Part shown: piece by piece, positions 1 through 11,912 of the stretch
How the letters are laid out: the number at the start of each line of letters is the position of its first letter
Numbering within the stretch: position 1 is the first letter of the stretch
DNA from: Azolla caroliniana
Lineage: Eukaryota > Plantae > Polypodiophyta
DNA length: 64,000 nucleotides
Reading direction: 5' to 3'
Assembly: GCA_043228905.1 (NCBI GenBank)
Contig: JBHGNT010000009.1
Coordinates: 5,208,001-5,272,000 of the forward strand
Position numbers and translations under genes: made by a program
Notes under the pieces: generated by a model
The model's input: the letters and a program-made list of their open reading frames with translations, nothing else
What the model was told of the DNA's origin: nothing
Database searches by the model: none

Positions 1-1231
1 TTGAGTTATAAAAATTATTTTGGTTTGTGTGGTGTGTCAAGAAAATCATGCGGTGGACTCTTACACTTCATGACTCGATGGGTCAAGAGGAACTGAAGTA
101 GAAATATCCCTTCTAAGATAAAGTTCAATGGAGTATTTCTCTTAATAAAATTCGGTCCATAACTTAATATTCAGTGCTCCATGGGACACATGTATGTTTG
201 ACTTATCATCATATCGTACATTTTTTTTTGTTTGTTCCTACAATTGGTCTTGTATGCATTATCAACTGTTGGTCCACTGCCACTTAGAATCATTCACTTC
301 ATCATCGAGACAAAATCTAGCATGGATGGTACATATTTATGTTTGGTTTTAATAATGGAATTATGTAATAAATTTTCCTTATATGTATATATCATATTAG
401 AATACCTTTCGATTTAAGGGCCACCGTAGTAGGGTCATGTTGATGTAGAGAGCGAACTAATGAAATCTATGTTCAAACAAATTTATAATAATATGTACGG
501 GAAGAGCGATATGTATAGAGAAGCAGAAAATAATACTTCAATATACTATTATGAAAATAATACATTCTAATTTCGTAGTTTCTAAAAATAACCACAACAC
601 CAAAAAACTACTTTAATCTCAATGACCTAGTTGATAATAGTATTTCCTTCTTCGCTCCTTCTTCCGCTAAGCCCCATCTCACTTTTTCAAACCTTCCATT
701 CTCCTTTATGACTAAGAATCCCCTCCTATTTATAGGTTTTTCATTGCATTATTCTTGCTTCTTTTAAAAAAATATATACTTTTTTTATATAACTATCTCC
801 TCTATAATCCCAAATTTGGCATACAAGATACTTTTGGAAAGCTCTTGTTGTCAGTTTTTTTTTAATCTTTTCTTTCGAAATTTGGATATCAGATGAAGAA
901 GTTATGAGCTTTTTTATCTATCCAATCTTCGTATCCATGCCTTGCTCTTTTTATCTTTTAAAACCGCCTCTATCTTTATCCATTCTAGTTCCTTCCTTCT
1001 TTGATTTTTATGGTACTTGAATCATTCATATTGAGCTTTATTCTTGGGCATCCTAGCATCCAACATATTTGCTACAATGATTTCACAATATGGTTCATCG
1101 GATTGATTACTTTTTAAGAATCACATATATGTGACATGAGTGTCACCTTTAATTTGAAAACTAAATATTGTGTTATATATCATTATCGTATAGTCACATA
1201 TCTATTTTTCTAGTGCATTTGAGATAGTGCA

Positions 1232-1447
1232 TATGTGATCTTTTGTGAGTACATGATTTTCAAACTTTACATATCATCGATCACATCCAAAATCATGTTC
1301 AACAAGGAGAGCTTTGTCGTAACTTGCATAAACTCATACAAGCCTCAAAATATGAGACGCATGAAACAAAACTTTCCTTGTTGAACATGATTGTGGATGT
1401 GATTGATGAGATCGTTTGAAAACCATGTACTCATGAAAGATCACATA
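1232..1447. repeat. Imperfect inverted repeat (fold-back), ~85-bp arms, ~50-bp loop
   Basis: TATGTGATCTTTTGTGAGTACATGATTTTCAAAC...ATCATGTTCAACAAGGA (1232-1317) is the reverse complement, with mismatches, of ...TCCTTGTTGAACATGATTGTGGATGTGAT...GAAAGATCACATA (1366-1447). Confidence 0.8.
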
Positions 1448-2054
1448 CACTTGAAGGGTTATATTATAATATCGTGGCTAGAATAATTGAAGGTACCTTA
1501 ACTAAACTCACACTAAACCCAATGGACATTTTAAATATGAGATGTGCAATATAATCATAATTTGACTTGTGATATTTCTTGAAAAGAGCATAAGCATTGG
1601 TAATTTTGTTTGCTTCTAGTGTCTCCGTTTGTTTGAACTATGTCCATATATTCTAGTGTACATCGTGATACTTCATCATTCCTTTATTTGGTTTCAGTGT
1701 TAGAGTTTATTTTAGCATTGCCTAAGTGGTGGTGATCCATTAGTTTGTGGCTCCTTTTGTTCGAGGTTGGTGTCTTTGCTTTAATCCTCTAGACTTTATC
1801 TTCTCTAATATATTTGGTTGCTTGAAGGTTAGAAATGATTGTGCCTTTTAATAGGATTACCAATCTTGTTCTTGAGCTCTTTAACAACATTGAGAGCTTC
1901 AAGAGGAGGCATAACCTCCACACTTTTCTGATAATTGGCCCAAACGCTTAGGTAAGTTTTGAGCATTTCCCCCATTTGTGTTTTTTATCTTTGACTAATT
2001 GATTAGTGCAAGGCTTAGAGCAAACTCTTAGAACTAGTCCTTTGGAGGTGGAGA

Positions 2055-3440
2055 GGGAGAGGGAGAGATAGATTTCATTATCTTCTTCAAAGGTCAATTA
2101 CAACCTCTAGAATCAAACGTGAATTATTTCCACATAATATGTGTGGAATTGAGTAGTGATTCTCAATGTTCAAGAATTTAAATGATAAACATTGCAATCA
2201 AGAGTACACATTGTGATTGTAAGAGGAAAGTATGAAGAGAATGGACAACACAAACAATGTGTCTAAAACAAACTTGATTGTGATTGGATGCAATACATTG
2301 CATCAAAACGTGATACTCTTAACATCCACACTTGTTTAGAGCAAAATATGATACTCAATAAATCTCCTCATTTGTGTCCCAATGCCTTGATCTAGTATAA
2401 CAAAGATCCAAGGTTCACAATTCATTCATAAGCACAAGCATGTCGAATCACCATGACAACAAATATGAAAATGACAGTAACAATACCAATCATGAAAATA
2501 ATATTGACAGAGGCTACAACAAAGTTGAATCACCTACGCCCCCTCACATTTTGCAAATTGCAACATCTCAACAAACTCCTCAAATTTTTTTGCCACCATA
2601 TTTTCCTTACCATGAACATTGACTTCTCTAACCTCATGAAACATCATCAATGGCACATGAAGTAGGGCACCTAAGAGTATACATTGATTAGGTTGGCGGG
2701 ATGTTAAGATTTTGTCACATGCGCTTAATTAAATTAACATGAACATTGTCATTGAAATGAGGAGATAATAGATAGATAAATTTCATTATTGTCTTCAGAG
2801 ACCAAATATGACGTATGAGACCAAACATATAATATTATAACGAAATACATACATGAGCTCTAACTTAGAGATAGATAGATAGATTCTATTATCGTCTTTA
2901 GAGGTCAAATAGGACCTATGAGACTAAAAATATTACATTTCACATGATACGTGTGAAAGGGAGTAGCGACTCTTGATGTTTGAGAACTTTACCAATGAAT
3001 GTTGCAATCGAGAGTGCACATTGTGGCTGTGAGAGAAATTCGTGCAAGGACTGGGCTTGGTCAAAGATGTGTGGAAAGCATAGTCAAATATGATCAAAGG
3101 TAGAGCATTGTATCAGAGTGTGATACTCAAACTCTTGAACTAATATCAAAGTCGCATGGGAGCAATGGTTCGAATGGTAAACAACGGGATGGTCTCTAAC
3201 ATGTATCGATTTGTACGGTTTCCCCGTTTGACGAAAAATATGGTTTTGTAGTTAGGTGCAACATGTGTAGTATAATGCGTGAAGTGTGAGCCTCTACATT
3301 TTCCCTGTGTCGTGATACATTAATGTTGCCAAAAGGCCTCATTTACAAATAAATCTAATGACGCATCATGAACCAAGTGTGTTGCATCCTATCTCCCAAA
3401 CCATTTTTCCATATCTACTTGGAAATAGTTTGAAAATGTC
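2055..3440 (-). mobile_element. Cluster of degraded 3' fragments of a non-LTR retrotransposon (same family as 22560-23900)
   Basis: 2866-3440 aligns by eye with 22570-23180. The minus strand encodes the C-terminal EYHTLIQC zinc-finger remnant. Similar 3' ends start at ~2060, ~2770 and ~2870, each next to GA/GATA repeats. Confidence 0.7.
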
Positions 3441-4490
3441 CAAAATGTACCACAAATTGGAAATGTGGAGACTCATGTTTCACACATTATATTGCATATG
3501 TTGCACCAAATTATAAACCCATCTTCTTCCCTAAACTAGAAAATTTCACTTATCGATCTACAAAACATGCTAGAGCCCACTCCTTTGTTTACCATGGTTA
3601 AACCAAACTACCATAGAAGAAGGAAAAAAGATGAAGATTTAAAAAAAAGAAGCATAGGTATTCACTTTTAGTTGACATGAAAGCACTCATGTGAGAGCCA
3701 TAAATAAAATAAGAGAGAAGTTTATTGTTGGGTTTGCAAGTTTAGCGTGAAATGTCCGGCTACTTGCATTGTGTTCTAAACAGAAGAAAATGATGTGAAT
3801 GTTGTAAAGCCTTTTCGGCGAGCAAACTAGTTGTGTGCGTGATCTCAAATCGAAATTGCTAAGAGTTTCGATAATGATGTGCTTAGATTGTGTAATGTTG
3901 CAAGGCACACTCATTAGTTTGCGAGGAGATCTAAAGTGCCTTTATAGATGATTTACACCACAAGATGCATGCTAAAAAAAAGACCTTCAATCGCATGGAT
4001 TGTCGAGTAGTAATAGTGGCAAAATCAACTCCCATTTTTGTTGTTGAGGCATGAACTTGGGGCAAATGTCCCCCCATCACGATTCACAGAAAAACATACA
4101 AAAAACTGGCAGATTAGTTGGATCGAACTGCTTTTATTTTATTTTACAAGCATCGAATGGAATGTATGTACATTATTCCTCGGAATCTGATCGTGCTGGA
4201 CACATGTTTGGCACGCGACCTTCCGAAACCGCATGGACCTAATTTTGGTAAGAGGAGGAGATATCAGAGGAGATGTACGAAAGAGCGAGTTCTTGCGCAT
4301 TTGTGTTTTTTTTTTTCGAACCAGAGGTTTGTGAATGGCGCCTGTCGAGATTCGAACCCGAGTCCTCGTGATGCCCATCAGGAATCATGATCAGTGATGA
4401 TATTATAGAGTTTCTCAAATATGTATCTCTCTGTATATATATTTTGGATCCCTCCTTCCTTCATATGAGGCCACTTAAAAACACCACCAA

Positions 4491-4538
4491 AACCCTAACC
4501 CTAACCCTAACCCTAACCCTAACCCTAACCCTAACCCT
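4491..4538. repeat. (AACCCT)8, i.e. an interstitial TTAGGG-type array, followed by (CTGCTCCC)~4
   Basis: Read directly: aaccctaaccct... at 4491-4538; ctgctccc repeats at 4542-4576. Confidence 0.95.
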
Positions 4539-4614
4539 ACTCTGCTCCCCTGCTCCCCTGCTCCCCTGCTCCCCTGAATCCTCACTTCCTTCACTTTCCC
4601 AGAAGCATGTGAGT

Positions 4615-5137
4615 AGCCTCCACACTTTCTCTCACAAGGCTAAAACTGCATTCTCATTTTTCTTTTTTGTTTAAAGTTTTGATCTTCTTTTCTGTTTGTT
4701 GGCCATGAATTTTGTCTGGTCTTCATGCTTTTCCCAAAGCTTTCCCAAGCCTCCACACGTTCTCCCACATGGCTAAAACTGCATTTTCATTTTTCATTTT
4801 TGTTTAAAGTTTTGATCTTCTTTTCTGTTTGTTGGCCATGAATTCTGTCTGGTCTTCATGCTTTTCCCAAAGCTTTCCCAAGCCTCCACACGTTCTCCCA
4901 CATGGCTAAAACTGCATTTTCCTTTAACATTTTTGTTTAAAGTTTTGATCTTCTTTTCTGTTTGTTGGCCATGAATTCTGTCTGGTCTTCATGCTTTTCC
5001 CAAGCTTTCCCAAGCCTCCACACGTTCTCCCACATGGCTAAAACTGCATTTTCCTTTTTCATTTTTGTTTAAAGTTTTGATCTTCTTTTCTGTTTGTTGG
5101 CCATGAATTCTGTCTGGTCTTCATGCTTTTCCCAAGC
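4615..5137. repeat. Tandem repeat, 4 x ~133 bp
   Basis: AGCCTCCACAC recurs at 4615, 4748, 4881 and 5013; the unit bodies are nearly identical. Confidence 0.95.
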
Positions 5138-5547
5138 CCTCCCTCCATGAAGCAGCAGGGGATGAAGAACATGTGTTTATTCCTTCTTGCTTTTCACTGA
5201 TTTGTGGACTCATTTATGCCCGGATTGTTGTCATTGGATTTTTGGTGATGGTATAATAGTGTTTTGATCCTGGATAGACTCTGGTATAGCCGCACCAACG
5301 AAGAGATATCACTCTCCTGTTCATTTATACGATGCAAGATCTTCGTTGTAATATGATTGTGATAATGGTACATGGAAAGATTGATCAGAAGCATGAGTTT
5401 TGCTCAAACGAATTCTTTTCATTATCGCAATATTTTGTCGGTACTGATGTACCTACAGTACATGACTATGCCCAGTCAACCGGGCCCGATTGCCAGACAT
5501 TATGGCAAATTTTATCTTGTTAGATTGCTCAAGCTAATCCAATTGAC

Positions 5548-7485
5548 ATGGCGGTGGATTTTATCAAAGGATTGAAAACATTATGCAAGGAGGGCATCAG
5601 CCTTTGTGAAACCATATTGATTGTAGACAACTTGATCGTCCATGGGCTGAACCCATGGTTTTCAGCCACCATATTGTACCATTTAGTGCAAGGATGCATT
5701 GATAGGAAGGACCTCGAGGCTGCAAGGCTTCTGCATTCCATCGTGATGAAGCAACCCTATCCACTTGACTCCTTCTTGGGAAGCCACTTAATTAGAATGT
5801 ATGCATTGTGTGATCGTCTATCAGAAGCCAATGATGTGTTCTATAAGGTCTTCAATCCCAATGCATTTGCATGGACTGCTTTAATCCTTGCTCATTCGAA
5901 GCTTGGTTCTAGTAGATATGTGATTCACTTGTTTCGTCAATTGCAATTGTCAGATGTCACCGCTGGAGAGCACATCTATGTTTCAGTACTGAAGGCATGC
6001 TCGAGGATGGAGTTTCTTCATGAGGGTATGTTGATCCATTCACAATTGGTTGAAAGTGAATTCAACTCAAATGTTACTGTTTGTAATATGTTGATTAGCA
6101 TGTATTGTGCATGTGGTTGCTTGCGTGATGCATGTAAAGTGTTTGAGAAGATGCATAAGTTGAGTGTGGTGACATGGAATGCAATGATCACAGGATATAG
6201 TATACATAATTGTGATCTGGAAGCTCTTCGACTTTATTTTCAGATGTGTCATGATGACAGGATCAGGCCTGACAATGTAACCATTGTTACGACTCTCAAA
6301 GCGTGTTCACATATTTCGGCACTAGATTGTGGAAAGGAAATCTATGCTAACTTGATTGAAGATGATTTCGCAATGGATGTTAACATTGTGAATGCTCTCC
6401 TTGACATGTTCACAAAATCTGGGGGTATGCAAGATGCCGTCTGGTTATTCCACAATGCAAAACTAGAAGATGCAATCACATGGAGTGTGATGATTGCAGG
6501 ATATGTTCAAAATGGATGTATTGAAGCAGGCATGGAGCTTTTTAATGGAATGTTGCAAGAAGGTGTTGAACCAGACAATGTCACTTTTGCCAGCATTGTG
6601 CAAGCATCCTCAAGCCTTGAAGATATTTCTCAAGGGCAAGTGCTTCATGCATTCATAGTTTCAGACGTTGATGACCAGGATGATGTCTTTGTTGGAAGTG
6701 CTCTAATCAACATGTATTCGAAAAATGGGAATCTTGATGATGCACGAACAGTATTCAAGAGATTAAAAATGCTTAACAATGTGGTCACATGGAGTGCACT
6801 AATCACGGGATATGCACAGCATGGCCATCAAAAAGAGGTTTTGAAGCTTTTTATGCAAATGCAAGAGCAACATATCACACCCAATTCCACCACATTCATT
6901 TGCGTTCTAACAGCATGTGCGGATGTAAGATTGATAGAAGAAGGAAGAGCTGTGCATAGTTATATCATTGATGGTAACCATGACTTAGATGCTTTGGCAT
7001 CTAGTGCACTGGTTGATATGTATGTGAAATGTGGTAGGCTTGAAGATGCAAAAGCGATGTTTGAAAGATCTCCAGAGAGGTCTATAAGCACATGGACCAC
7101 TCTCATTGCTGGTTATGCTCGGCATAATGATTACCTTTCAGCCCTTGCACTGTTAAATGAAATGCAAAAGGAAGGTTTGAAGCCGAACACTATCACGTAC
7201 ATCTCATTGATTGCGGCCTGTAGCCATGTGGGCCTCATCGATGATGGCTGCCATTATTTCAACTCTGTGAGAGAGGACCTTTCTATTCTTCCCACCCATG
7301 AACATTATAACTGCATGATTGATTTGTTTGGTCGTGTTGGACTCCTTGATGAGGCAGATGTTATCCAGAAGACTCTACCTTTCAAACCTGATTTTGCAGG
7401 ATGGGTGTCCCTCCTCAGTCATTGTAAAGTCCATGGTGATGGAGACCTTGCAAGACAATGCTTCCGTAGTGCTATGCATACTTGA
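5548..7485 (+). CDS. PLS-class pentatricopeptide repeat protein with truncated E domain (organellar RNA-editing factor type), intronless
   Basis: 645-aa ORF with repeated P/L/S motifs (VTWNAMITGY, VGSALINMYSK, TWSALITGYAQHG), then ACSHVGL...HYNCMIDLFGRVGLLDEA and E-motif WVSLLSHCKVHG. No DYW domain. Confidence 0.93.
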   Translation: MAVDFIKGLKTLCKEGISLCETILIVDNLIVHGLNPWFSATILYHLVQGCIDRKDLEAARLLHSIVMKQPYPLDSFLGSHLIRMYALCDRLSEANDVFYKVFNPNAFAWTALILAHSKLGSSRYVIHLFRQLQLSDVTAGEHIYVSVLKACSRMEFLHEGMLIHSQLVESEFNSNVTVCNMLISMYCACGCLRDACKVFEKMHKLSVVTWNAMITGYSIHNCDLEALRLYFQMCHDDRIRPDNVTIVTTLKACSHISALDCGKEIYANLIEDDFAMDVNIVNALLDMFTKSGGMQDAVWLFHNAKLEDAITWSVMIAGYVQNGCIEAGMELFNGMLQEGVEPDNVTFASIVQASSSLEDISQGQVLHAFIVSDVDDQDDVFVGSALINMYSKNGNLDDARTVFKRLKMLNNVVTWSALITGYAQHGHQKEVLKLFMQMQEQHITPNSTTFICVLTACADVRLIEEGRAVHSYIIDGNHDLDALASSALVDMYVKCGRLEDAKAMFERSPERSISTWTTLIAGYARHNDYLSALALLNEMQKEGLKPNTITYISLIAACSHVGLIDDGCHYFNSVREDLSILPTHEHYNCMIDLFGRVGLLDEADVIQKTLPFKPDFAGWVSLLSHCKVHGDGDLARQCFRSAMHT

Positions 7486-7568
7486 TGATAATAAGCATGC
7501 ATTTTACAATGACCAAGAAGGGACACCCATCCTGCAAAATCAGGTTTGAAAGGTAGAGTCTTCTGGAT
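7363..7568. repeat. Inverted duplication of the PPR E-motif coding sequence (66-bp arms)
   Basis: 7363-7428 vs 7503-7568 are reverse complements with 3 mismatches. The minus-strand ORF repeats IQKTLPFKPDFAGWVSLL.HCK. Confidence 0.95.
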
Positions 7569-9087
7569 GGAGCATGTGTAGATACAATTGATAACTAGAT
7601 GTATGGGTGATGCATAACTTGCAAGAAAATTCTTCTCTGGTGCCATGTTACTCATTGATAAGCATACATCAATCAATATACACGCTCCTATCGAACATTG
7701 GTGGATGGGAGGATTGCATCAAATCAGATATTTGACATCCAGACTTTGAAAAGCATGCTGATGTAGACCTTGCAAGACAATGTTCGATAATGCAATGTTA
7801 GTTGATGATAAGCATGCATGGGGATTATACATGCTTGTATAGATTTGTTTAAAATATGTACCTTAAGAGGATTGCTTTATGGTTACACATAACTTGCGAG
7901 AAAATGCTTTGATGGTGGTAGGTTACTTGATGCTATATGTGCATCTATATGCATGCTTAAATCAACTATGCATTGATAATTGACATTTAGATGTTGAGAT
8001 GCACAGTGGTGTAGAACTCACGACACAATGCAGGCATCGATGATAAAATGCTACTTGATGGTGAGCGTGGATTGATATGTACGATCTTATCAATGTGTGG
8101 ATTTGAGCATAGGTGGAGGGTTACTAGAAAACAAATGATCATTGATATTTAGATCTTCAAATTCATGGTGATGCAAACCTTGGCAGACAATGATGAGGAT
8201 GTTTTTTGAAACAATATGCCTATATAATTTATACTGAGATTTTGGAATTATGATTGATGGGAGGGAAATAGAAAAAAACGCCCACACATACATGGCAACC
8301 CACTTGGCAAAACTAGAAACAATGACAAAGTAACATAAAGAACAAACCACTTGGCAAAACTAACATGTCGGCTTACTCAATATGACATAAATATTTGACC
8401 AAGAAAAATGTCTCTCTAGGAAGTTACCAGAGAGTATTACTTGGCCAAGCATGTGCCACACACATCCTCGCTAATAACTTGTCATGTTGAGAAGTTTATC
8501 TTTGGGCTTGATGAGAGTTTAAGAACCTCATTGCAAATGTGACAACAATGGATTCTCCTTACAACATTGTAAATCTACTAAGTCATTTTAAAATTTTACT
8601 TTGCTCCCCCATCATGTAACGATACAAAGTTCCTTAACAATAGCACTTTTGTTACTCTCGGTGCCAACAGTCCTTGAAAATATTCACTGATCGACATAAC
8701 ACATTGCAAAGTGAACATATGTCCCCATATTATTAGAGTTGAATTTTAAAAATCATGGAGAAACACTTTGTGATGCTATTAATTATCAAAGCATATAAAA
8801 ATCAAAGCCATTGGTGATCGATGAAAGTCGAATTAAAGTTCAGTCCAAATGGGCACTATAATGTCTTTGTTAAATGAACATACATAAAAAAAGCCTCAAT
8901 AATTACGGATTTCACACAACATGAATGCAATTCGAGTTTGTTGGATAAGGTTTTTGTAAATGGAGGCGCACCAAAACAAAAAAGGGAAAATAGGCCTCCA
9001 AAGTCTGGACTCTGGTTCCATTGAATGAAGCAACCGAAACCCACTTCGAAACTTCGAATCCTCAACCGCATCACGGAAATATATTCA

Positions 9088-9477
9088 AGTGCACAACAGA
9101 GGATAAAGAAAAGGCATCGGAATTCTTGCGAATCTATGTGAAGTCTGAGGCAGTGGTTGGGAATGTGGAGGAGGAGCGAGATGTCAATGGTCAAAGCTTT
9201 TAGCATGTACAAGGGCGAGTGCACAACTGAGGATAAAGAAAAGGCATTGGAATTCTTGCGATTGTATGTGAAGTCTGAGGTAGTGGTTGGGAAACATGGA
9301 AGAGGAGCAAGATGTCAATGGTTAGAGCTTTTAGCACCTACAAGTACAAGGCGAGTGCACAACAACGGATAAAGAAAAGGCATCGGAATTCTTGCGAATC
9401 TATGTGAAGTCTCGAAGTAGTGGTTGGGAACGTGGAGGAGGAGCAAGATGGCAATGGTCAGAGCTTTTAACACGTAA
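9088..9477. repeat. Tandem repeat, 3 x ~130 bp
   Basis: AGTGCACAAC..GGATAAAGAAAAGGCAT..GAATTCTTGCG recurs at 9088, 9218 and 9354. Confidence 0.9.
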
Positions 9478-9564
9478 GAAGGCTGAAAAGACGGTTTAAA
9501 TGGTTCAGTTTGGTTTCAACTTTTCCCTAAACGATTTTGGTTGGAATAGTTTGGTTTACCATTT

Positions 9565-9850
9565 TCTTAAAGGGTTTCGTTTAAATGGCTGGCTTGAGAG
9601 TACGTAAATGGTTTTGGTTGGTTTTTGTTTTTGTTTTATACAAATGGTTCGGTTCGGTTCAGTTCAGGTCGGTTTCAAGGAAAAGAAACCGAACTCTTAA
9701 AGGGTTTCGTTTAAATGGCTGGCTTGAGAGTACATACGTAAATGGTTTTGTTTGGTTTTTGGTTTTGTTTTATACAAATGGTTCGGTTCGTTTCAGTTTC
9801 AAGGAAAAGAAACCGAACCGAACCGAACCGAAACCGAAACCGAAACCGAA
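9565..9850. repeat. Direct duplication (~130 bp) rich in GGTTC/AACCG motifs, upstream of the ATP synthase d gene; possible DNA-transposon/MITE relic
   Basis: TCTTAAAGGGTTTCGTTTAAATGGCTGGCTTGAGAG at ~9565 and ~9695; (AACCG)n/(AAACCG)n at 9812-9850. Confidence 0.7.
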
Positions 9851-9944
9851 GAGGGTCCATATACGATTGTTAATAGTAGGGAAGAATAGAGAAAGGGATT
9901 GATGAAAAGAGCTCGGAGGAACAGAGGAACAGAAGAGAGGAACA

Positions 9945-11912
9945 ATGGCCAACAAATCGGTGGCACAGAAGATACTGAAAGACCTGGACTGGGATGCTCT
10001 CGGGAAAGCTGTGGTCTCTGATGAAGGGAGAAGAGAGCTCAACAACCTCCGCAGAGCTTATGATGACTTCCGGAATGTTCTTGACACCAAGTTTTCTCTT
10101 GTAAGGGCTGTACCCATCATCTCTTTCGTTCTTCTTCTTCTTTTTTTTTGGGGGGGGTGGGTGGGGGATGGGTTGTTTCCCCCTGTTTTATATGTATGTG
10201 AATGGGTTTTAGCCTAATTAGGGTTTGGTTAAGGTTAGATTTTACACATTTTATCTGGCCATGATAGGCTTTTTGGAGTTACTATTGCTATCTTTTTTGG
10301 AGCCTGATATGCATGCACGTGCGCATAATGTATGTCCATATATATGTTCAATACACACGTGCATATATGTATATCATATATGTAATGCAGTTGTACATGC
10401 TTATGCTTATTCATACACATATGGTGACATGCATACATACAAACACATATTTATGCATGCATATACCGATGTGTAGACACCATGATTGATCCTTTGACAT
10501 GTTCTTACTGTTGTAATGATCCTCCCCCCCTAGAGAATTACTCTGCTATACTCGTATAAAGCTTGCATTTTGAATGATGGATCACATCATGCTTATTGAA
10601 ATCACTATTTTACGCTGCTTCTGAGGAAGTTATAAGATAAAGTGCTTAGCGTTCCAGGATTCAGAATTGGAATTTGTAGAAGTACATTAAGTGGGAACTA
10701 GAGCAAGCATTTGAAGAAAATAATTGTGAGTCAAAGATTGTGATTAGTGTGCATTTAGTATCCGAATTCGTTTACTCTATTGCCATTCATTCTGGTGTTT
10801 TATTGGCATCCGCCAAGCAATCTGGTTTGCTACTGAATTATTTATCCTTCTTCCTCATCCTAATATCTGTTACGAAAGTTTGTTTTGACAATTAAGTTTT
10901 GATAGCATACATTGTGCACATGCCAGAAACCAAAGCCTATTGACTGGGATTTCTATAGAGCGAGGCTTAATCCTGGGATTGTGGACATGTTCCAGAAATC
11001 TTATGAATGTAAGTGTATCTAAATTGAAATATCGAATAACTGGTTTCGTAAGAGAAAAAATAGTTCATTGTATCACATATATTCTATTATATGAATATGG
11101 ATATAGCTCTTCATTTAGATGGTATGTTTTTTTAAATCTTGCAACTGTTTAATTTGTCATTATTAAGGGATATTAACTTATACTTCATTTGTTTTCCCCT
11201 TTTTGGTGCTTAGCTCTCAAGATTCCCAAATATGAAGACAATGTAACTCCAGAATACAAAAAGAAGTTTGAAGCATTGGTATTGATGCTTCTTTCCTCCA
11301 GTTCTTGATTCCACTGTTTTGAGATGATCTTTTATTTTTTGTGCCACGGGCACAGGGAAGAATCAAACGATTAATATTCTTGAGATGCATGTTCGAAAAC
11401 TTGTATAAATATATTTTGCTATATTGGCTTTTTTGCAGATGGTTAAAGTTGGGGAGCAAGAGGAGCTATCAAGGAAAAAAATATTGGAATGTAAAGAAAA
11501 TCTAAAGAGGATTAGGGAAGAGAAAGTATGGTCTTACTCTCTTATTTTGTTTTTACTAGGGCAACACATAGAAAATGGCACTCATGTTTTAGGATATTTA
11601 ACAGAATACCCCAAAGATTTCAAAAAAATTAGAATACCCCTGTAGTTTTAATTTTTGTACTAGATAGGGGTGTTTTTCGATGTGACAGCACCTCCTAGGC
11701 ATAAATTTTGTGCGATATAGGGATATTCTGGTTATTTGTGAGATTTTAGGGGTATTTTGGATAAAATGTGAAGCCTTTTTTGCTCAATAGTTTTATGTAT
11801 ATTGTAATAGGAGGCCATCAAGAACATGACTGTGGATGACTATTTTGCAAAGCATCCTGAGGTGAAAGCAAAAATTGATGAAGAAATCAAGAACCACAAC
11901 TGGGGCTATTGA
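9945..11912 (+). CDS. ATPQ: Mitochondrial ATP synthase subunit d; exons 9945-10100, 10927-11008, 11214-11278, 11439-11525, 11811-11912 (163 aa)
   Basis: Spliced at GT-AG introns it reads ...LDWDALGKAVVSDEGRRELNNLRRAYDD...KPIDWDFYR...IPKYEDNVTPEYKKKFEAL...MTVDDYFAKHPEVKAKIDEEIKNHNWGY*, matching plant subunit d. Exon phases are consistent. Confidence 0.95.

Noticed and set aside
540-2050. Possible LTR-retrotransposon relic (CCTATTTATAGG, TTTCCCCC)
   Set aside because: No paired LTR, PBS, TSD or coding remnant identifiable.
4615-5137. Regularly spaced repeats resembling a CRISPR array (also 9088-9477, 21283-21508, 29984-30253)
   Set aside because: Head-to-tail units with no unique spacers, no cas genes, and a eukaryotic context.
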